Assembly: GCF_008831285.2 (NCBI RefSeq)
Contig: NC_045138.2
Coordinates: 18,848,001-18,912,000, forward strand
DNA: 64,000 nt
Reading direction: 5' to 3'
Origin: Nymphaea colorata
Lineage: Eukaryota
The notes under the pieces were generated by a model, which searched no databases, had not been told where the DNA came from, and saw only the letters and a list, made by a program, of their open reading frames with translations. Below, one piece after another: positions 12,182 through 25,530 of the stretch. Numbering within the stretch: the stretch's first letter is position 1; every line of letters begins with the position of its first letter. A program made the translations under genes and the position numbers.

Positions 12182-13645
12182 ATGGTTTTTTCTTTTGTGG
12201 GTTTGTCCCTCACAAATACAGTAACAATGGGAGAAGAGAAAAATGAGAACGAAAACATTTGTGCTATTGACATACAGAGAGAATGTGAATCTTATGATCC
12301 TTCCGAACATGAGTCGAAGTTGGAATTGGAAAGAAAGTGCATCTACAGATGGCCTAATGACCTTGTCCTTACATCAAGCTTGTCCAAGCACCGGACTCCT
12401 CACATGGCATCCTTTGGTCCCTACCACCATGGGGAGGAGCACCTGCAGCCCATGGAGCATCACAAAGAGAAAGCTCTCTACAGAATCCTCAAGAAGAGCA
12501 AGGTTTCAACCTCTGTCTTCATTGAATCATTGAAAGGCGTAGAGCAGGAACTTAGGGATTGCTACGACAATCTTGATCAAAAAATGACGTCGGATTCTTT
12601 TCTAAGCATGATGTTGCTTGATGGGTGCTTCATGCTTGAACTCATTCGCGCTAGACTACTCCTGGAGCCCAAGGATCCGCATGATCCTGTCTTTAATAGG
12701 CGTGGAGCGGTTATGAATACTGTGATTACACGGGACATGATGATACTAGAAAACCAAATCCCTCTCCTTGTATTGAGAAAGTTGCACGGAATAGAGGAAA
12801 ATAGAGAGATTAATGACGACAAATATCTCGAAGATTTGTTCAAAAAAATTTATGGGTTCATAGATACCTCGCCAGTTAATGAACCTAATTTGCATGTTTT
12901 AGACGTGTATAGGAAGTGCTTGGTAATGGAGAGTGCACCAATGCAACAAACGACCCCCTCCACCCAAGTGTCTTCCAAACCGGTTTCGACTCAAAGTCCA
13001 TCAAGGCTACATGGTGCTGGCAAGAAGCTGAAGTCTATGCTCACATCGATCCCCGCCTTGGACTTTACGGCTCTGTGCTGTAGGCCAATTCCCAGATCAA
13101 ATGTGCGGTCTGCAATGAGGTTTCATGAGGCAGGGGTTGAGTTCAGAAAGGGGGAACACAACGATGGCCTAAAGGTTACCTTCGATAAAGCATATGGAGT
13201 ACTCACTCTTCCATTTTTCCTTGTCCACAACCACACGGCGGCAATCTACGTGAACATGATGGCCTTTGAGCGAATGCATTCAAAGTTGTGGAGGTCCCAG
13301 AAGATGATTTTGTATGTGGGGTTCATGGATAGTTTAGTAGATACTGCTGAAGATGTGAACCTACTGTGCTCTCGAGGGATCATGAGGAACATGCTTGGGA
13401 GTGACGAGGAAGCTGCCCAAGTCTTCAACAACTTGGGTGTTGGCATTCCATACTGTCCAGACTATACAGTCTACGATGACTTGCAGGAATATGCTGCCTC
13501 CTATTGGAATGCTGCGAGAGCATATCTGAAGCGGAAATACTTCCGAAACCCATGGGCTGCTGTGTCTGTATTAGCGGGCATTTTTTTGTTGGTTATGACA
13601 TTTATTCAAACCTTGTTTTCCGTGTTGGCTTTTATACATAAATAG
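12182..13645 (+). CDS. DUF247 protein, copy C (subtype alpha), intact, 487 aa (start could instead be ATG 12227)
   Basis: Uninterrupted ORF with all DUF247 motifs (CIYRWP, SFGPYHHG, MMLLDGCFML, ENQIPLLVL, FHEAGVEF, GVLTLP, FMDSLVDTAEDV, YFRNPW) and a C-terminal TM helix. Confidence 0.95.
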   Translation: MVFSFVGLSLTNTVTMGEEKNENENICAIDIQRECESYDPSEHESKLELERKCIYRWPNDLVLTSSLSKHRTPHMASFGPYHHGEEHLQPMEHHKEKALYRILKKSKVSTSVFIESLKGVEQELRDCYDNLDQKMTSDSFLSMMLLDGCFMLELIRARLLLEPKDPHDPVFNRRGAVMNTVITRDMMILENQIPLLVLRKLHGIEENREINDDKYLEDLFKKIYGFIDTSPVNEPNLHVLDVYRKCLVMESAPMQQTTPSTQVSSKPVSTQSPSRLHGAGKKLKSMLTSIPALDFTALCCRPIPRSNVRSAMRFHEAGVEFRKGEHNDGLKVTFDKAYGVLTLPFFLVHNHTAAIYVNMMAFERMHSKLWRSQKMILYVGFMDSLVDTAEDVNLLCSRGIMRNMLGSDEEAAQVFNNLGVGIPYCPDYTVYDDLQEYAASYWNAARAYLKRKYFRNPWAAVSVLAGIFLLVMTFIQTLFSVLAFIHK

Positions 13646-14029
13646 GATCCATGGCTTCTTCTCATATTCTCATCTCTTAAACCATGGCATCTGAAAGCTG
13701 AAAAGGCATGAACACCATGGCTTTTGTTGATCTGTTGTTATGACCAAAATTAATTTTATTTCTGGGTATAGCAAATCCTGTAAGTAAGTTGATAACAACT
13801 AGGGAAAAAAAAATCAACAGAGACAGGTTTGCAACTTAAGAAGATTGGCGGAAATTTCTTGATATGTAACTTCACTAGCTTCTCAATGTGGATAACTTTT
13901 AAGGCCTGCCTTTTTGCAAATTGATCAGCTGTGGTAGTATATTGTATCTAGCACGACGAGAATGAAGATGGAAAAGAAAAGCTTGGGTCAATTGTGTAAC
14001 CATCAGATAGACAAGAGTTATAAAAGAAC

Positions 14030-14340
14030 TGCCATTCCCATTGATCCTTCACCTGTTTAGCTCACACCTGATATCCTTTGCATGTTATCCATATTCACAC
14101 CCCTTGGATCATCTTATACTCTTATCATAATATGAGCGTTACTTTCCTCATCCTTCCTGCACAGTGTGCACAAGAAATTGAATGCCATGTTTTTTTTTTA
14201 TCCTACGTTGCGTAGGGAGCCTGCTTTCACTCGCTTCATAAGTATATAGCAACTGCTTCTCGATGGTGCCCATCCTGCACATATGTCTAACCTCCACCAT
14301 TCTTTGCTTTCGGGAACCTACACCTAAACCAGATTTCACG
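14030..14340 (-). mobile_element. LINE (L1-type) remnant, zf-RVT region
   Basis: The minus strand gives RLPT...CTLCRKDEESNAHIM across frameshifts, matching the C-x2-C...E-S/T-x2-H zinc knuckle of plant L1 ORF2. Confidence 0.55.
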
Positions 14341-15589
14341 ACCTGTATGTTTTGGAACGATGTCACCAATATTGTTCTTGGGAAAATATTGGCAAGGTTT
14401 TTCTGGGGTATTTTTCAGCAAATTTGTTTTTTTTTTTCAAGAAGAAATCTGCAACTTTTTTTTAAAAATAAAAAATCATAAACAATAGAAAAAATAAAAT
14501 GAATGAAAAACTAATAAAAAGTGAAAATTTGCTGGGCGGGGGGTTTGGGGCGCGGGGGTGTTGTGGTGTGGGACTGGCAGGGGCCATGACCTCTCCTGGG
14601 ATTTTGAAAAACAAGGTTTTATTAGTTAAAAATTTCAAAAATTTAAGTTTGGCCCATATATAAATTTGAGAAAAATATAGTTGGCCTCTGTAAAATTTTT
14701 CATTTACTTGATGCTTTGAACTGTAGGGCCCCCCAAGAAAAATTCTTGGCCACAACTCTGTTACATATCATGTTTTCTAGTCGTGCCCTGTTCAATCACG
14801 TGAGGTTTGAAGCCAAGATATTATTAAATCAGTATTTGAATGGAACGAAATCATGAGAATTTCGTGTGAATTAATCAATCGAATTAAAATGTATACGTTT
14901 TAAACTATCAAAACCAAAAGGCAAACGATTAGGAAGACTAAAGAAAAATAAATAAAAAACAAGAAAATGTTTTCTTTGTTACTGCAATATTGATGAGAAT
15001 TGTACTCACGCTGGTTTTCAAGTTTGAAGAGGCCTTCATAAAAGCCTACCTGCGCAATTTGTTTGTAACTAAGCAAACAAATGAACAATAACTTTTTTTA
15101 GACAATATGAGAATGTTAAATTGAGGCATGTCGTGTGAGCCCACATTTATGACCGAACGGATTCCTGAGCCTGTAGATGCATATGTCATGAATGCAATGG
15201 CAATAAATACTTATTAATGATCATGGCCAGGCAAATCCGAGGGACCCAGTCTAGGTCCATGCCGTCGGGCTTGACTCAGTCGTGGGTCTAAAAGCTTGAC
15301 CATACTGGCATTATGACTAAATATTACTATGAAATGGCCCATAGATGGGCCGTATAACAGCGTACCACTGTTTGGACCATTATTCCATGTCATCATCTTT
15401 CTCCAATCTTTAGCAGCATTTTTTTCTTCCTCTTATTTCCTTTGTAAATGTCATTTGTCTGGATAACCTATCTTTTACTCCACTCCTAACGTCGGTTTCA
15501 ATGGGGAACACCATTGATGTTGAAAAAGGCCACGAAGGAGAAGTCCAAATCCAAGGAGACTTTGAGCGAATAATACCAAAAGCCGAAGA

Positions 15590-16350
15590 CTCGGGGTGTC
15601 CCGTTTGATTATTCAAAAGTTTGAGGCCAAAGCCGTGATGTTGATGAATAGGCGGAAATCTAATTATATTCCTTTTCAGATAAGCCAAAGGAAGTTGGAT
15701 GAGACCACTGCCGTTCTTGTCTGGTTTGTGGCTGCCCTTCCTGATCAGTATGTAGGGTTTATTTATTCACAAGAATGCTCAAGGAAGAAATGTGTAAAGG
15801 GATAATTCGGAAGATTCAAAGTCTGGAAGAGCAAACTCCTCTCATATGTAGGATGGATATGAGAAAAATGCTGCTTAATAGGTCATGACCTTCCAAGTTT
15901 GAATGATGTCATCAGTTCAAAACCACAGTGTGCATCTCCCACATAGTACCACGATGAGAGAGTCCATCCACAAGAGCAACAGATGTAGGGTTTTTATGAT
16001 GACGCTCACAGTTGAATGGGGTAGGGTTCATGTAGTCTCCTTTTTCTTTTACCAATGAAAAGGTACTTTTTACTCCTAAATGGGCATATACTTTCTAAGT
16101 GGGCATAGTATAGCTAGTCGAAATGGAGTACGCTCAGATGGCATATTCTTGCTTTGATTCAGATGAATGTCATTTCCTTGAGCTGCAAAAAATTGGCTAT
16201 CCACGCAGGCCCTGATGCAGCCAATGACCCTAGAAGTAGGAGGAATGGAAAGAGGAGTTGTATCATCAAATCTGCTTAAAGACATTAATTAAGAAGTTGA
16301 ATGGAAGACCTTCCTAAACTCTGCCACAAGATCGGGACTTGCAGGGTACA
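15590..16350. mobile_element. Degraded LINE reverse-transcriptase remnants
   Basis: The plus strand near 15810-15855 reads KIQS/WKSKLLSYVG, like the L1 WKxKxLSxxGR motif. The minus strand near 16150 gives IHLNQSK, like the L1 INxxKS motif. Many stops. Confidence 0.5.
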
Positions 16351-16929
16351 ATAATTAGGATTTACTGGTATCCGGAAATTAATGGAAGTAAAATCCTTTG
16401 ATTTCAAAAAACGAATTTGTTACCTAATGAAGCTTGAATTGTTTATTTCCTAAGCTGATATGCAGCAAGAAGACCACCTTATTAATCACATCTAGACCCG
16501 TTTGTCCTTTGTTAGAACTAATTAATTGCACTTGAAATTAATAATAATCTAAGTTTAATAAAGTACTGAAAATTGACATGGATCTAGAATGAGAAATTAT
16601 ATCTGTTGCACCCCTTATAGAAAGAAAGCATGGAGAAGCGCCTGGTTTTCGCATAATAAATCACATCGAAGCCAGAAGAATATCATGCTAACCGCTTCCG
16701 TTCTAAGGTTAGTCTCCGACATCCTAGAAACGTGGAAAAACAGATGTATGTAAAGTTGAAAGAGAAACAGTCATTGTGGAATCTCAGGATTAATCTCTCA
16801 AAACTTCAATTTCCCCCCTCATTAGATGTTGCTGCCATTCCCGTCGATCCATCACCTGTTTAGCTCACACCTGCTATCCTTTGCATATTATCCTCTCAAA
16901 TCAAATAGATTGTGAAGTTCCTAAAAGCA

Positions 16930-17230
16930 TTGCAGAGAAACTCTCCCAGTTTCCTCGTTGAGATGGATGATCCACAATAGGATGTCATGATTATTAGCGA
17001 TTTGCTGCCAAATGTAGCAATGTATAATATGATGATTGACTTGTTCTCTGAAGCAGTCGATGACATGGTCAATGATGCCTACAGGTTCCTGGATGAATGG
17101 CGTATCATTGTTTGAAGTTGTAAATGATGCTGAGGGACAATGGATAAATTGAAGAGGACGTTCATGGACGCTGGGAAAGGGCAGTTGTATGAAAGGATTG
17201 GTAGCATGTGGAAGGCTCTTATTAAAAGAA
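16930..17230 (+). pseudogene. Fragment of a pentatricopeptide-repeat (PPR) gene
   Basis: The frame from 16981 reads DVMIISDLLPNVAMYNMMIDLFSEAVDDMVNDAYRFLDEW, a P-type PPR-like motif (PNV..YN.MI...A...L.E), with a stop at 17113-17115. No start context. Confidence 0.6.
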
Positions 17231-17818
17231 CTCCAACCAAATATCATCAGGATGAAGGTGAGGCGCACCATTCTGCCGTCGAAGCGTAGTCGCCATCCAT
17301 CGAGGGGCCACGACAAGGTGTCGTCCCTCTCTCCAGTATGCCGCTTGTCACATGGCGAGCGGTTGCAGTGAGCCCACATTTATGACCGATCGGATTGCTG
17401 AGTCAGGAGATGCATGTGCCATGAATCCAATGGCAATGAATACTAATTAATGATCACGGCCAGGCCAAGCCAAGGGACCCAGTCGAGGTCGAGGCCCCCG
17501 GGCTTGACTCAGTCGTGGGTCTGAAAGCCTGACCATACTTAACCACTTTTGCAACGCTGTCCGGCTCCACTCGGTCGTTGGTCGATCAGACATGACCACT
17601 TGTTGCCCTCATAAAAGTGATATATAGCCGGCATCGCACGTTAATGTTGCAAAATAAACTGTAATAAATAGTGGTAACTGGTCCCATTATGTACTGGCGT
17701 ACATGCACTTGATAATTAAACAAGCGGCCCAAGACACTTTATAATTAATTCGTCTTTTAGCATTTTTCTAGCCAGACGATCCCAAACCCAAACCCTCATC
17801 GGCTACGTCGGCCAATGC

Positions 17819-18261
17819 TAGGGCTGCACATAAGGCAGGTCGAGCCCGAGCTCGGCCATGTTGTGCTCGACTTGACTTAAAAAACTAGAGCTCGAGCTCG
17901 AGCGCAGCTCGAACTCAAGTAAAGATCTTTATAGCAAGCTCGAGCTCGACTCCACTAAACAAAATCAAGCTCTTACTCAATTCGTTTAACCCATTTAACT
18001 CGCTTAGGCGTTAATTGTGTAAGCATTAACTCATTTAACTCATGTAAATGTTAACTCGTGTAACTTGTGAAACCAGTTTTAGCAATATGAAGTAGCGGTT
18101 TGCGAGTCGAATTCCTGAAACTCGAACTCGACTCGTTTATCGTTTTGAGTATCTTTGTAAACTCGAACTCGGCTCATTTATAAATGAGTCGAGCACGAGC
18201 CGAGTTTTTTAGAAAGAGTTCCAGTCAAGCCCGAGCTAGCTCGGCTCTTTGTGCAGCCCTA
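17819..18261. mobile_element. hAT-superfamily MITE, 443 bp
   Basis: 12-bp TIRs TAGGGCTGCACA / TGTGCAGCCCTA and a perfect 8-bp TSD GCCAATGC (17811-17818, 18262-18269). Interior is CTCGAG-rich. Confidence 0.92.
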
Positions 18262-18599
18262 GCCAATGCGAGACCCCAATCTCATCCTAACTGTTGAATC
18301 ATTGATAAATATTCTAGCCACTCTGGAAGCAAAGGAAAGTCTAATACTCTGTATGGTTGTTTTGGTTTTAAGTTGTGAATCTTATGCCATTATTATCTGA
18401 GTTTTCACTCTAGAAACTAATCAAAATCTTCATTTTTGAATTCTCATTCAGATCCAATAACGTACAAAGAATCAAACTCAGTTTAAGTCACATTGTAGTG
18501 CAAGCTTGGACTTCATGCGAAGTTGTAACTGGGTTTGAGTAATGCTGTTTTTTGTTATGGTCTTCTACTTCTCATATATATATACATATAGAAATTTTT

Positions 18600-18972
18600 G
18601 AATACCAAACCATTTAGATAAGAGACAAAAACCAGAACCACTAAAATTAATTTAGACAGTGTTTTCCATAAGTTCTAAGTTTATGAATACGATCTTAAGA
18701 GTGACTTTAGGAGAAACATACATTAAGTTACAAACTTTTTGACTTTAATAAGTTTTTCTAATATTCAAATAATGAATAGCTCATGTAACATCAAAATTTT
18801 GGCAGTAAAAAGTATCAACTTTTTTTGCAAAAATAACTTGAACTAAAAATTTATTTATATTGAATTAGCACTTACGAACATGTTCAGATGTTCACTTTTT
18901 GTTTATATTATTTTTTTCAAAACAAAATTAAGATTTCTGGTTTTTGTCTCTTACCAAGGTGGTCTGACATTT
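18600..18972. mobile_element. AT-rich element with long terminal inverted repeats (MULE-like MITE)
   Basis: taagagacaaaaaccagaa near 18620 pairs with ttctggtttttgtctctta near 18935-18953. Related sequence lies at about 53940-54270. Confidence 0.5.
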
Positions 18973-19449
18973 AATAGTATATATAGTATGGAAATGTATA
19001 TTCCAAACCATTTAGGCCCGGGACACCAACCAAACCTTCTAAAATCTTGTTAGAAAATCATTTAAACAAAATATGAACATTTCTAGTATATTTGCGGATA
19101 CTGATTTAACATAAAACATGTTTTAGTTCAAGTTGTTTTGATGAAAACGATTGATTTTTCGACTATTAATATTTAGATGTTATAAGAACCTTCCATTTTA
19201 TGATCACTATCAAAACATCATTAAACTAAAAAATTGATTACCTTAGTATAAGTTTATCAATAACACATTCTTAAGAACATACATGTAAAGTTAGATTGTA
19301 TGAAAAAGTAAAATTAGCAATTAATTTTAGGGTAAAATTAGCATGCACGTCAAATACCCCTAAAAGTGGGGTAAAAACAAAATAAAAGTGGGTCATGGGT
19401 ACGTTGGCTTTTTCTTAAAGGCTGTGCACTGTGCACAACAGACATCTAA

Positions 19450-19850
19450 CAGGGCAGCACACAAGGCGAGTAGAGCCTGAGTTTGGCCAGCTGGTGCTCG
19501 ATCAAAAAACTGAGTGCGAGCTCGGCTTGAACTCGAGTCGAGCTCCTTATAGTAAGCTAAAGCTCGACTCAACTGCACAAAATAGAGCTTGAACTAGACT
19601 CGTTTAACCCATTTAACTTGTTTAGCCTTAACTCATGTAAGCATTAACTCATTTAACTTGTGTAAGCATTAACTAGTGTGACTGGTAAAATTTGTTTTTT
19701 CCCTAAACGTTAATACCAGTGATTTAGTGAACAGGTTTTGGCAATATTATATAAAATAGCGGTTTGCAAGTCGAGTCCAGTATAAACGAGTCAACTTTTT
19801 GAAAAAGTCGAGTATAAACGAGTTAACTTTTTGAAAAAGTCGAGTATAGT
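19450..19850. mobile_element. Degenerate/truncated copy of the 17819-18261 hAT MITE
   Basis: Starts cagggcagcacacaaggc and shares long stretches with it (tcgtttaacccatttaact, gtaagcattaactcatttaact, agcggtttgc). The right TIR is missing. Confidence 0.7.
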
Positions 19851-21499
19851 AAGCCTGATCAGACATAACCACTTGCAAAATTTAGGCTACAAATTTATTA
19901 ACCTGTCTCCTTAAATTGTTGTCTTCATAAATAGCTGACATCACATATTAATGTTGCACAACAAACCGTAATAAATAGTGGTAACTGATAGCGGTTTTAG
20001 TTACGGCACTTTTAAATACTGGTACCAGGTTAAGTTTCCACAAATATGGATAAGTAAATATTGGCGTGTAATGTTCCATATTGTAGTATGACAACTTTGG
20101 TGGATACCAACCAAATGGTAACACCCATCCATTGATAGCATTAGGAATCAGATTTGGAAGGCAAGAGAAAAGGTGGCTGAAGCAATCTTTTGGCATGTGA
20201 AAGATTGGCAACTGATTCAAATCTGGTGGTTCACTGGTATTTTCTACAGTAAGAGAGTGAAAATACATAAAGACGATCATACTCTCCATGTTGTACACAG
20301 AAGATTTAACTTAAGGTTAATAGTGGTTGCAGGCTAGTGGGATAGGGATGTTGGAGCTTACACATCGAAAAGTAAAATGACTCACAATTTGGGAGGGGGG
20401 GGGGGGATGCTGCTGAAATGCACCTGCTTGAGCTTTGGCTAGGTAAGAAGATGGACAGCTTAAGAAGACTCACGATCATATCCTCTAATAACTGTTGGAA
20501 ACATAGATTACAGGCCATGATTGAAGGGCGCATACATTCACGCTAGATGTGTCCTATTCAAAAAGTGTTATGAAAAAAAAGTGTTATGAAAGAACTAGTG
20601 TGGATGATGACCTCCCTTCAGTGGATGGAGGTCAACAGCTCTTGCTCTATGGTCAGCAAGATGGACGTTACGATGACGGGTAAATATTGCTTATTTGTTT
20701 TTTTGGCTTAGATTGTCTCTTTTTTGCTTTGTGAGGGGTGATGGTTTTGCTGTTTGTGTTTACTTGGCATCCCCTAATACTTCTTGTAAATAACATTTTT
20801 TTGCAATAAAGTGGGGAGTTTACCTCCCAGCACAGCAATCAATCATTGGATAATTAAAGAGCGGACCAAGGCAATTTAATTCTTTGTGTGAGCATTTTCC
20901 AATATTGGATCCATGATATTTATGCACTCGAGTTCTTCACCTCAGTAGTACTAAATTATGGATACACGCCACCAAAGATTCTTCTTATCTCAATTACCAC
21001 TAGGAAAGAGTATTAGTCAAGGGCAGAGCAAGCAATTATTTTTTAAGAGGGCTGAATAGTATTTTCAAAATTTGTACAAAAGCCGAATAATATGTTTTGG
21101 AATTATTATATTAGACAAATTAAGAATTTTCAAAAATATAAGTACAAATTTATTTTTTTCAAAATGTGAGGTGGAGCTATAGCCCCTGCCAGCCCACCCT
21201 TCCCTTATGTGGATGTTATTCTTCTAAACTACATATATGCCTCTTTGAGCCTTGTTGGTGGAAGGTGAGTCATCAGTTTAATTTATGTAGATGTTATTTC
21301 TCTAAACTACAAATGATAGAAGTCTGACACTCTACTGAATGGGTGTACCACTCCCTGCCAAAGTCTCCAACCAACTCTATACCGGAGGGAAGGAGGGAAT
21401 AGAGAGGAGTTTTGGCCTCTTCAAATTATCTCCTCACATATATAAGTCTTAATTCTACACCAAAAACTCAAATCCAATGACCCACTTTTATATCCATTA

Positions 21500-21701
21500 G
21501 GCGTTTTTTCTAATAAATGTCGGTGGACCATCCCTCAACAACTTTGCATTGGACGTCTATCTATATAGGTGAACTGTATAGCAAAAAAGGAAGGGCAATT
21601 CTATATATAGCCTCTACCACTTGACTTGAAAAAACAGTGGAAGCAGCCGGAACATTGTGTCGCCCCTTTCCCCTCCACAAGCGGCACTTTCTCCGGTAAG
21701 C
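21500..21701 (+). promoter_or_regulatory. TATA box (~21601) and non-coding exon 1 of copy D, donor GT at 21696
   Basis: caattCTATATATAGcc followed about 90 nt later by ttctccg|GTAAGC. The acceptor tttag| is at 23273-23274. Confidence 0.7.
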
Positions 21702-23290
21702 ATTTCTAAAGGTCTTATATAATAGGGCTTTCCAGTAACTTTCTTTTGCGGTCTTTTTCTGCAGGTATGCAACAACCTTTGTTACTACCTTTTATTTTGT
21801 TTTTGTACCGGGGATTTCTTGTTATTCCTTAGTTTTTTTTTGTAGAAATGGAACAATGGTTCCACAATTGGAAGCAAACAGCAGCCAGCCCCATTGGGCT
21901 GCATCGGCGATGGCGTGATGCACCCAGTTCCGATGGAGCATGAGTCGCATCGTAATTGTTGAATGTAAAACATATGGATTGATGGATATTCCAGCCACTA
22001 TGGAAGCAAGGCCAATTAAGCTGAAATGTTCCGGATGGTTGTATTGGTTTTAAGTGTTGAATCTTATGAACGACAACCAATTACTTGACCACAGTTTTTA
22101 GTTAGGAGATATATCTTTTATGATGGTTTTAACCACATAACACAAAAAAAAGCAACCATCAAGTCATAGAGGTGGCCGGTTGATTTTAGTTTCCAAATCC
22201 TGAAGGTTATTTTTTTTTTTAAGAAAATACTTATGTTTTCGTATTTTCACTTAATTTCATCAGAATTCCATGAAAACTTTCTTGGGCTCTTAAGTGGTTT
22301 GGGATAAACTGCATTAGGTGATTGTACGTACCATTTTTTAACCATAAAAGGGTTGGGAGGGCCTACCCTGCCGCAGAAAGTTTCCGGCCAAAACAATGAT
22401 TGGACATACCAGGTCCGATCCATCTGATGAGGATGGACATTGAAACTGGTTGATGGTTCGGTATATGTCACCATATTCATCCTTTCCCTCGAGCTTGGCC
22501 TTAAATGGCTGCCTTTAGTACTACACAGAGAACTCGCCCTGGTGTTGCCTGTCTCTTTAAGTCGGTCATAGGCACAATTGGACCAGCTTTTCTTTCTCCA
22601 AACTCCAAACTCAATGGTTTCAACCGCCGCTGTATTATCAATACCGCTGCTTATACGAGTGTACTGGTCCTCACCAATACGGGACAAATTTTTAGTCTTT
22701 TACCTTGTTCTTTTTTAAATAAGTTTAAATTTTCATTAAAATTTATAGAATTCAACCCTAAGGTGTCAATTCATGATGATCGGAATCAGCATCCCTGTAT
22801 ATCTACCAAAAATTAAAATAAATTTTGACCTGGGAGTAAAAACTCAAAGTCACATATCGGCTGGCCATCCCCATAAATTTCCTTTTATTTTCATATGGGT
22901 GCCTTCAACTATTTTTTTCTTTATATATATTGGTGTGTCTTAAGTTATTAAATATTTTTGACGTAGTGCCTCTCATCCGCCTAAAATTTCTGCCTCCACC
23001 ATTGCTCAAAACCAAGTTACAAGCAATAGCTAAACCTGAATAGCTAGAATTTTACAAAAAAATTGATTTTTGGAACTCTTTTTTTATCCTATGTCATCCA
23101 AATGGTGCCTTAGCTTTTCTCACTGTCAGTTACATTCTTTATAAATAAAATAGTGCTGACATGACTTTTTCATCACAAGGAAGCAGTCTGAGTTTTACTC
23201 ATTGTTCTAACAATTCTCTCCTGCGCCTTTTCCCACAGCATATGTTGATTGTAACCTTTCGTTATGTGCTTTAGGTATGCTGCCTCTGCT

Positions 23291-24460
23291 ATGGCGACTT
23301 GGGTCACTGACATACAAAGAGAATATGAATCTTATGATCCTTCTGAATATGAGTTGAAGTTGGGAAAAAAGTGCATCTACAAATGGCCTAGCGACCTTGC
23401 CAGGACATCAAGCATGTCCATGCACCGCACTCCTCATATGGCATCCCTTGGTCCGTACCACCATGGGGAGGAGCACCTGCAGCCCATGGAGCATCACAAA
23501 AAGAGAGCTCTCTACAGGATCCTCAAGAGGCGCAGAGTGCCACTAACTAGGTTCGCTGACTCCTTAGAAGGCATAGAGCAAGAACTTAGGGATAGGTACG
23601 ACAATCTTGATCCAGAGTTGCCATCAGATTCATTTTTAAGGATGATGCTGATTGATGGGTGCTTCATAATTGAACTCCTACGTAGTAGGAGCACGGCAAA
23701 TTCAAATTGATGGACCTAGTTTACACATTTTAGACATTCGAAGGAAGTGCTTGATAATGGCCATGCCAACGAAAGAACAGACAACGCCTTCTGTAGGTTT
23801 TATCAAGTCTGTTTGCTTGCAGTGTCGACGATTAATTCCCATGCATGTCATCGAAAAAGGAATTAAGTATATAATCGTCGGCATTCCCATCTTGTTCTTT
23901 AGGATTTTAAGCAAACAAATTTCCAAACCGGGAAACATGCGATCTGCATTGAGGTTTCATGAAGCAGGCATTGAGTTCAAGAGTGCGAAACCCAATAGCG
24001 GGCTAAAAATTACTTTTGATGAAGAACACGGAGTGCTTACTCTTCCAATCGTCAACATAGATGACAACACAGCAGCAATGTACATGAACTTGATGGCCTT
24101 TGAACGGATGCATCCAAAACTAACTGAGAATAATGCGGTGACATCATATGTGTCCTTCATGGACAGCTTGATAGACACTGCTCTCAAGGGATCATGAAGA
24201 ACTTTCTTGGCAGTGACGAGGATGCTGCCAATGTCTTCAACAAGTTGGGCGATGACATTATGAACTGCCTCGATGATGAACTCGATAAGCAATTGCAGTC
24301 TTATGTTGCCTCAGATTGGAATGCGGCGAGAGCATATTTGAAGCGAAACTACTTCCACAACCCGTGGTCCATTCTGTCTCTACTTGCTGCCATTATTTTA
24401 CTGGTTTTAACATTTATTCAGACCGTATTTTCTGTGTTAGCCGTGCAAAACGACAAGTGA
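23291..24460 (+). pseudogene. DUF247 pseudogene, copy D (subtype beta)
   Basis: Three offset ORFs (23264, 23670, 24194) together cover the domain. A large frameshifting deletion near 23700 removes the EPIF..ENQIPLLVL segment. A 22-nt deletion at ~24182 removes EDVSLLC. Confidence 0.9.
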
Positions 24461-25119
24461 TACCCATAGCCTTGCACGGGAATTGCTAAAGAGGAAAGTG
24501 AAGATGTTAAATTTCATGTATGTTGTGTATCATGGTTCCTTTGTTGAACATCAGTGTTCTAAATAATTGAAGTTTGATCGTTGCTTAATTTATTTGATCG
24601 TAATTGATGTTCTGTGGGCGGCGAATTTTCGTGTTTGTTAAAGATAAAGGGGAGAAGCGCAGGTTACATCAAGTATTGCCCAATGCATGTTTGGTAAGAC
24701 ATGCCGCCATATCTTCAGCGATTGTACTCGTGCATGTGAGCCATTGCCCTCGTTACATGTCTATTCTTATTAAAATTTATACTTAACACCTATTTCACGT
24801 GAGTCGGTAAAAATGAGAGTCTCTCTTTCTCCCTTCTATATGATTGTTGAATAAAGCTGAACCCCAATGAAGAATCCAACGAAAAGAAAAATTTGGAAAC
24901 ATAGGCTAATTTGAATAATAAATTATGACCTACAAAAACTAACCTTAAAATAATTGCACAAGTAAAGAATGATACTAGTGTTGGCTCATAACATGTCCTT
25001 GTGGAGGACCCAGTCCACTTCGGAAAGGTGAAAGAAAGGTCCCTGACAAATTGCAGACTTATTTCCTAAGTTGAAAAAGAAATTAATATTATAAGGGAAA
25101 AAAATAGGAAGACAGGTGG

Positions 25120-25530
25120 GGCTAGACCAGAGCAACGGGCCAGGTGGGGCCGGGCCGACCCTGTAAAACCCTGCCCGATAGCTCGGGACTCGGCCCGGCT
25201 CCTCGTTTGGTGATAAAAAGATATTTTTTTAATTATAATTTTTTTTTTAATAATATAGCCTGGGACTCGGCCCAGCTCGTTTGGTAATAAAAAGATATTT
25301 TTTTAATTATAAAAAACTTTTTAGTAATATAAAATATATTTTTAATAATAAAATACATATTATTAAGTTTTAAAAAATTAAAAAATATTTTTTTAATTAT
25401 AAATGGGCCGGGCGGAGCCGACCCAGGCTGCACATCAAGCTCGGGCCCGGCTTGCTGGGCTGTTTTCTTTGCCCGGACCCGGGCCCAACCAGGCCGGGTA
25501 CCCGGTGGCTGGTGCAGCGGAAGTCTAGGA
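25120..25530. mobile_element. MITE-like element with GGCCC/GGGCC-rich ends and an AT-rich core
   Basis: GC-rich gggccgggcc arrays at both ends around an A/T-only core, with an internal direct repeat gggactcggccc..ctcgtttggt.ataaaagatattttttt. No TSD resolved. Confidence 0.55.
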
